DNA from: Eledone cirrhosa
Taxonomy: Eukaryota
Assembly (NCBI GenBank): GCA_964016885.1
Contig: CAXHJY010000950.1
Span: 1-64,000 of the forward strand
Length of the DNA stretch: 64,000 bases
Direction: 5' to 3'
Shown here: piece after piece, positions 51,954 through 64,000 of the stretch
Position numbering within the stretch: the first letter of the stretch is position 1
Layout of the letters: each line of letters opens with the position of its first letter
Notes under the pieces: model-generated
What the model saw: only the letters and a program-made list of their open reading frames with translations
The model's database searches: none
Told to the model about the DNA's origin: nothing
Made by a program: the position numbers and the translations under genes

Positions 51954-53234
51954 TTATGGCTGTGTACTTTTTGGGGGGAGGGGTGATTTTGTTGCTGTTT
52001 TCTTCTTGTTGCTGTTTTCTTCTTCTTGCTGTTTGGTGTGTATGTTTTGTTTTGTTTGCATTGTTGGTGTTTTTGGTGATGCTGGTTGTGGTGTGGTTGT
52101 TGTTGGCGGTGGTGCTTGTGGTGGTGATGGTGATGGTGGTGGTGTTGCTGCAAGTTTCCTTGCTGCCTTTACCCCTCTTTGTGTGACTTCGCTTTTGGAG
52201 GGTGAAGCTAAGGGTTTTTTGGTTTTTTGTTTTTGTGGCAGACCGTTTGCCACTTCACTCCCGCCTCAAACTCCATGTCGGATTCTGTGGCGTCTGGGAG
52301 GGGTATGTGCTCTACGGCTGTTGGTGGTGGTAGTGGAGCCCTCTCCGGCAATTTTGTTGCTGGTGCAGCTACTTCAAATGTAGCTATTGGTGTTACCGCC
52401 ACTGATGCTGCTGCTTTAGTTGTCCGTGGCCTTTGTGCGGGTGCCACGGACGTGCCTACTCACCGTGGAAGGGGCTTCTGCGTTTGTCGCCTGCCCTGCT
52501 CTTGGTAGCAGCGGACCAGATATTGGAAGGAGAGGGGCCTTCTTTTTTGCTGTCTTCTGCGGGCAAAAGGCCCTGAGGTGACCCTTCGACCGACAGAGAT
52601 AACATTTTGGCCATCTTCCTTCTACGCTTATAGGGAGTTGGAGTCCTTCCTTGATACCTATGATATCGGGGATAGCATCGATACATTCCTGGTCAGTTTG
52701 TATAAGCATTTGCATGCCTATACCTGACCAGTTCTCTCTCCCTATTTTCTCTACTTGCAGCATGGTCGTCCTGTCCTCGATTTCAGTAATGGCAGACGCG
52801 GCCAGCCAAGGTATGGGCATGTCGGGTGGGACCTGGGTCACTTTGACCCTCACAATTTTCTTCCCGCAGTAGGAGGGCACCAAGACTATCTCCTCACTAT
52901 TTAGGGTTTCCAAAGAGTGAGACTTCGCTTCTTGGGGGGTGAAAAGTACGTCTACTGTGGCGTACTTTCTGCCTCGGGTGATGTGGGTTTTGTGTGCCCA
53001 GACGCACCCCAAGGCCTTTTGGATTTGAGCCTCCGTGGCTCCCTCCACCGGATGTGAGATTTTGCTTACGGTGCGGTAATTCACCGTCCGTAGCTGCTGG
53101 TCCTTGAAAAAACCGGGTAGAGGTTTCAGGGAGACTCTATTGGCGCTTCTTGTCACCATGGCCCTTGCGACTGCCATCTCCTCCTCTGAAGGCAGAATTC
53201 TAGGAGAAGGAAAACTCTGATATAACACCTGCAA
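51954..53234 (-). pseudogene. LINE ORF1 (gag-like zinc-knuckle protein), frameshifted
   Basis: VEGRWPKCYLCRSKGHLRAFCP (CX2CX4HX4C) followed by a low-complexity P/T/K tail in other frames. Confidence 0.8.
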
Positions 53235-53652
53235 CTCTGATGGTATCCAATGATGTTGACTTGTTCTTCTTTTTGGTAAATATCATCTTGGTTAAGAGAG
53301 TGGAACTGGCTTTGTGCAGTGCCTTTCCTCACTATAAAAGCTTCACGGCACAGGTATTGCTTTATATCTGGAGATCTCTCTGCACTTGTCGTCACATGGT
53401 ACCATGGGCCCAGCACTATGTGTCAATAATTGTCACAAGTGTAGTGTTTGTACCAGAGTTTTCAAGTCGCTGGCTGGACTAAAAAGCCACACACGTTCAG
53501 CGCTTCGGTAGGTATTCTCCTACATGGATATAAAGCAGTGGCCGTACTCGAAAACGAGTTGGCAGCCACCATATATATATATGTATATATATATGTATAT
53601 ATATATGTATATATATATATATATGTGTGTGTGTACTAATATATATATATAT

Positions 53653-53862
53653 ATAGGAAAAAGTATGACCCCGACGGCAGAGCTCAAGCCGTTTCGACGG
53701 CTATTTCTGGACTCCAGAAATACCTCCAGAAATGGACTCCAGAAACGGCTTGAGCTCTGCCGTCGGGGTCATACTTTTTCCTATTCCCACTCTACTACCC
53801 TAAGTATTGAGTACTCTGTTGCGTTATGGTCCATCTGGTTCCTTACCACAATTCCTTTGTTA
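53653..53862. mobile_element. Family A copy with fold-back (53653-53783)
   Basis: Near-identical to 44575-44815 in the opposite orientation; centre has CTCCAGAAA stutters. Confidence 0.8.
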
Positions 53863-53979
53863 TATATATATATATATACTAATATATATATATATATGTA
53901 GAAGTTATATTTAATTTGTTGGGATACAACAAGCAAATATTTTTATAACTGATATAAAGCACTCAACAAATTTTTGGAT

Positions 53980-54046
<67 letters not shown>

Positions 54047-54094
54047 GTATATATATATATATACTAATATATATATATATATAAATATATATAT

Positions 54095-54752
54095 ATTGCT
54101 CTGGCCTTCTTTTAGTCCATTGAGCACTTGCTGTATATCTCGAAAATTGCGTTTCGCTTTGTTTTTGACCACAGCCGAAATGCGATCTCGCTGAAATTAT
54201 ATTTGTATTAACCTCCCGGGCCTAGCAATTAATTAGTTAATTCTATTAGACAATTCTATTGACTGATTAATTGCTTAAGTTTATTTAAAAACAACCCGGT
54301 CGAGAGCTTAATTCGATTTGTGCAGTTTTTTTAATTCTTGCAATAATTTTACACATTCTGAATCCATCCGCCAAAACCGGGGTTACCTCCCTTGCAGGGT
54401 AAACACGTGGGGTAATCATTCCAACACTACTACAGCTAGGAACCCGCTCGCCGTTAAACCAAAAGCTATCATTGAAAGCAGGCAGTATAATTGATTTAGG
54501 TGTCACAGAACCCTTCCACTGGATTATACCATCAATTTCCAGGAAGTCCAGGTAAATTCTTTTGTTTAACCTGTTTAGCTTGGTTAGTTTTTTCGGCTCC
54601 GGTGGCTATTAGCTTCATGACCACCGTTTTCAGTTTGTTTGGCCTCTATAACGTATGTTAATTGCTCTGGTCTTCTTTTAGTCCATCGAGCGCTTGCCGC
54701 ATATCTCGAAAATTGCGTTTCGCTTTGTTTTTACCACAGCCGAAATGCGATT
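54095..54752. repeat. ~90-bp direct repeats 566 bp apart
   Basis: ATTGCTCTGG...CCGAAATGCGAT at 54095 and 54661. Confidence 0.85.
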
Positions 54753-54934
54753 GTAATATGTCCAATATATTCCATTCGTCGCAACACTGATTCTCTTTTT
54801 TTTCTGTGACATCATACTCTGCTCTATGAGAGCATCGAGTGCTCATACGGCCTACCGCATACGGACGTTTTAAGCATCCAATACCAATTATATATATATA
54901 TATATAATATACATATATATATTATGTGCTATTA

Positions 54935-54966
<32 letters not shown>

Positions 54967-54974
54967 CCTATGTG

Positions 54975-55015
<41 letters not shown>

Positions 55016-55078
55016 CACATATACATAGACCTATGTACTATATTTATATATATATACATATATATATATACCTATGTG

Positions 55079-55123
<45 letters not shown>

Positions 55124-55178
55124 TAGACCTATGTACTATATTTATATATATATACATATATATATATATACCTATGTG

Positions 55179-55235
<57 letters not shown>

Positions 55236-56375
55236 TAGACCTATGTACTATATTTATATTTATATATATATATATATACCAATGTACTAAGCAGATGTAT
55301 TAACGCTGTCATTGTTGGAGCAATGTTTGTTTAAACGATATGTGAACGGTTGTAAACTAGAGAGAACTTCACTCCAATGACAGTTTATCGTCTTGTACGG
55401 GGTCATAGGATCGCTTTACAGTAACTGGAGATGGGTTTATTATCTTATTACCTGTCCAGGTAGTGTAGTGCTTTGTGGAGGTGTGGTGTAGTGGTGGTGG
55501 TGGGGTGGATAATATGGTGGGGGGGGGGAGATTCTGGTGGTGATGGTGTAGGAGGTGGAAGTAGGGAGGTGGTTTGGCCGTGGGAGATGAGATGGTTGTG
55601 GATGTCGTGCTGGTGGTGTTGGTTGTGGTGTTGGTGGTGGTGGAGGAGTATGGGGTGTGGGGTGGCCGTGGAAAATAAGATGAGATTGCGGGGGAGGGGT
55701 TGTATAAAATATTATTTTTAAATTAAGAGCTTCAACGCAGGAATTTACCTATAATAGTCAAATAATTTCGGCATACAAGCTCACTAACCCCCTATAGGGG
55801 CAGTAATAGATAGCATAGTTGCCAGGCATACGGAAGATGTGAGTTCGAATCCCACAGGCAGGACTGTCCATGTCGTTCACATTAATTTTCTTCTGATGAG
55901 AATCAAGATATAGAGATCCCTAGTGAGGAGTATTGGTGGAATTATCCATAAGTCCCCAAACCAGAATTTGTCCATTTACCCAAGCAGAAGATGGCCATCA
56001 AGGTGATCCGTTATCCAGAGGTGTGAGCCACCATGAGGGCCATGACGACGGAACTGTGGATTAGCCTAGGAGAATCTTGGGAGAATTATATATATATATA
56101 TATATATATATAAGGAAACGAAATTGAAAATGCAACTGGAGTCTTTTAAGAATATTTGTTTATTTAATTTGCTGGTTTCACAGTTCTTATGATTTTCGAA
56201 AGTAAAATTGAGATGGTGGGTTTGTTTTTCTGTTGTCGTTTGTCTTGCGAGGCAAACCATATCATTCCAGTTCCTCAGAGAAATAACAACCCAACCAGGA
56301 ACTGGACATATCGGAGTATTGACGGAGTAAAACACTTCAACAACATGTGTATCCGTCTCTACCACACCAATTCGG

Positions 56376-56430
56376 ACTGTCTGAAGAAGTCACAGCCGAT
56401 GATGGCTGTCACCGAAATATATATAGCAGT
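56376..56430 (+). ncRNA. Type I hammerhead motif
   Basis: ACUGU-CUGAAGA-aGUcACAGCCgaugauGGCUGUcACc-GAA-AUAUAUAU-A-GCAGU; AATAAA follows. Confidence 0.82.
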
Positions 56431-56479
56431 ACATCTTTAATAAACGAAGCCAAATTTTAAATATTTGACTTAATTATTT

Positions 56480-56528
<49 letters not shown>

Positions 56529-56721
56529 ATAACATTAAGGAAGATGATAATATTACATAGAATAATTTATGTAATCTCAGCATCTTTCTTAATTTTATTC
56601 TTATACTGACTCACCATCGTAATTATACGCTACGAACGTAGAGAGCTTTCTCCTGCTTACTACTGTTTTTTTTACCAAAACAACTTTTATTGATATATAT
56701 ATATATACATTATATATTATA

Positions 56722-56914
56722 TGTAGGCGGTGAATTGGCAGTACCGGTAGAGGGTTGGACGCCATGTTTTCTAACATAGTTACGTCTCTTTACAGTCTGA
56801 GTTCAAATCCCGCCGAGGTGAACTTTGCCTTTCATCCTTACGGGGGTCGATAAAATAAAATACCAGTAATGTACTGGTTAATTACTGGCCTTGTGCCTAA
56901 AGTAGAAACAATTA
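56722..56914 (+). mobile_element. tRNA-derived SINE, full length
   Basis: GGCGGTGAATTGGCAGTACCGGTAGAG head, B box, shared body. Confidence 0.85.
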
Positions 56915-56980
56915 TATATTATATGTTTATATTTTATATATTCCCTGCAAGCAGGGAAAAGCGGACGTATGATGATGATG

Positions 56981-57012
<32 letters not shown>

Positions 57013-57378
57013 GTGTGTGTGTGTGTCTGTGTGTCTGTCTTTAGTATACAAAGAAACTTTCTACTGAGACACACCTAACTTAATGACGTTTGGAAGGAAA
57101 ATAATTAATTATATTTCATTGTAATTCTATAAGAAAAACGATTAGTGTAAAACGAAAAATCATTTCTCTCTCTCTCTCTCCCTCTCTCTCTCTCTATATA
57201 TATATGTATGTATATTAATTTATTTATTTATTCAAAACGTTTTTCTCACAACAGTTGCACAATGCCATACATTTCCTTTTGTATGAACGTGAAATATGAT
57301 TGATGGAGCGTATAAATTAACAAGCATGTGTTGTTTCTACACTAACAGACACAAATATATGCATATATATATATATAT

Positions 57379-57438
<60 letters not shown>

Positions 57439-57489
57439 GATTTTCAGCCCCATGGATTTTATCTATTACATTCATGTATTATATTTCGA

Positions 57490-57547
57490 ATACCTGATGA
57501 TATCACCGGATTCATAAGGAACCCGGTCATTGAAATGATCATAGTAT
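57490..57547 (+). ncRNA. Type I hammerhead motif
   Basis: AUAC-CUGAUGA-uAUcACCGG..CCGGUcAUu-GAA-AUGAUCAU-A-GUAU; AATAAA immediately after. Confidence 0.82.
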
Positions 57548-57738
57548 AATAAACCTTTCAAGGATTTACACAAATCCAGCCTCCTGTCATTTCCTTATAA
57601 TATTTAACTCCGTAATAGCACCACCAACTACAAAAACAAAGACGGTTGAACTGCTTTACGTTGAGTACTCTCTATATTATTACATTACGATTGACCATAC
57701 GGAATAGACCAGCTCTATACAGTGGTGAACCTCAAACC

Positions 57739-63533
<5,795 letters not shown>

Positions 63534-63832
63534 ACTCAGAGACACACAGAGATGTCACGTATTCGATTAGATTTGCATAGTTCGACAATAAGAGGGTAAT
63601 AAAAGGAGGATTGAAACAGCTCACTGGGTTAACTAATGGTGACCTGTGAAACAATGGAAAAAGCGAGAAACGTTGAACACTGCATTGAGCCATACAAACT
63701 CACAGACATGGTGCACCGAGTTTACACTGACACGGACTTTGCACTAACACCTATTTAGCGTGTATTGTCATTGTGTGTACATATGTATATATATATATAT
63801 ATATATACTTTAATTTATATATATATATATAC

Positions 63833-64000
63833 AAACTGGACCAGGGTCTCAACATTCTACTGCTGGGAGACTTCAACCTACCAAAGATCAAATGGCCTGA
63901 GGGCCACCTCCTCCCTGGAATGACGTCAATAGAACAGAGACAGACGGAATCCCTGCTGGCCCTCACACACAGACTGTTCGTGGAGCAAGCAATACTCCTC
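63833..64000 (+). mobile_element. LINE endonuclease fragment running off the window
   Basis: KLDQGLNILLLGDFNLPKIKW (APE GDFN motif, CR1-group style). Confidence 0.7.

Larger units (their letters stand above)
48430..53570 (-). mobile_element. Near full-length decayed Tx1/L1-group LINE
   Basis: ORF1 with CCHC knuckle, then ORF2 with APE endonuclease, RT and C-terminal Cys/His motif; boundaries approximate. Confidence 0.9.

Noticed and set aside
55880-55930. CTGATGA near a tRNA-like GTTCGAATCC B box
   Set aside because: No GAAA/stem III partner and no complete cloverleaf; probably a SINE remnant

Overview
Eukaryotic, repeat-dominated non-coding DNA; the long interrupted (TA)n arrays plus the SINE/LINE complement look like an octopus/cephalopod genome (inference). 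No host protein-coding gene is supported, and almost all long ORFs are microsatellite artefacts. Recognisable elements: a near full-length decayed Tx1/L1-group LINE (~48430-53570, -), several CR1-group LINE fragments, RTE fragments, a mariner remnant, a hAT-like MITE, tRNA-type SINEs and a Penelope-like GIY-YIG fragment. The main signal is that many short unique islands between the (TA)n tracts carry type I hammerhead ribozyme (HHR) folds. I read at least 16 motifs with an intact CUGANGA...GAAA...NUH core from roughly ten sequence families, plus variants. Many lie in fold-back (inverted) insertions whose sense strands point outward. One is a 310-bp tandem array with one full HHR per unit (18005-19447), i.e. 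a retrozyme-like candidate source of circular RNA. All folds were worked out by eye and cleavage activity is untested.
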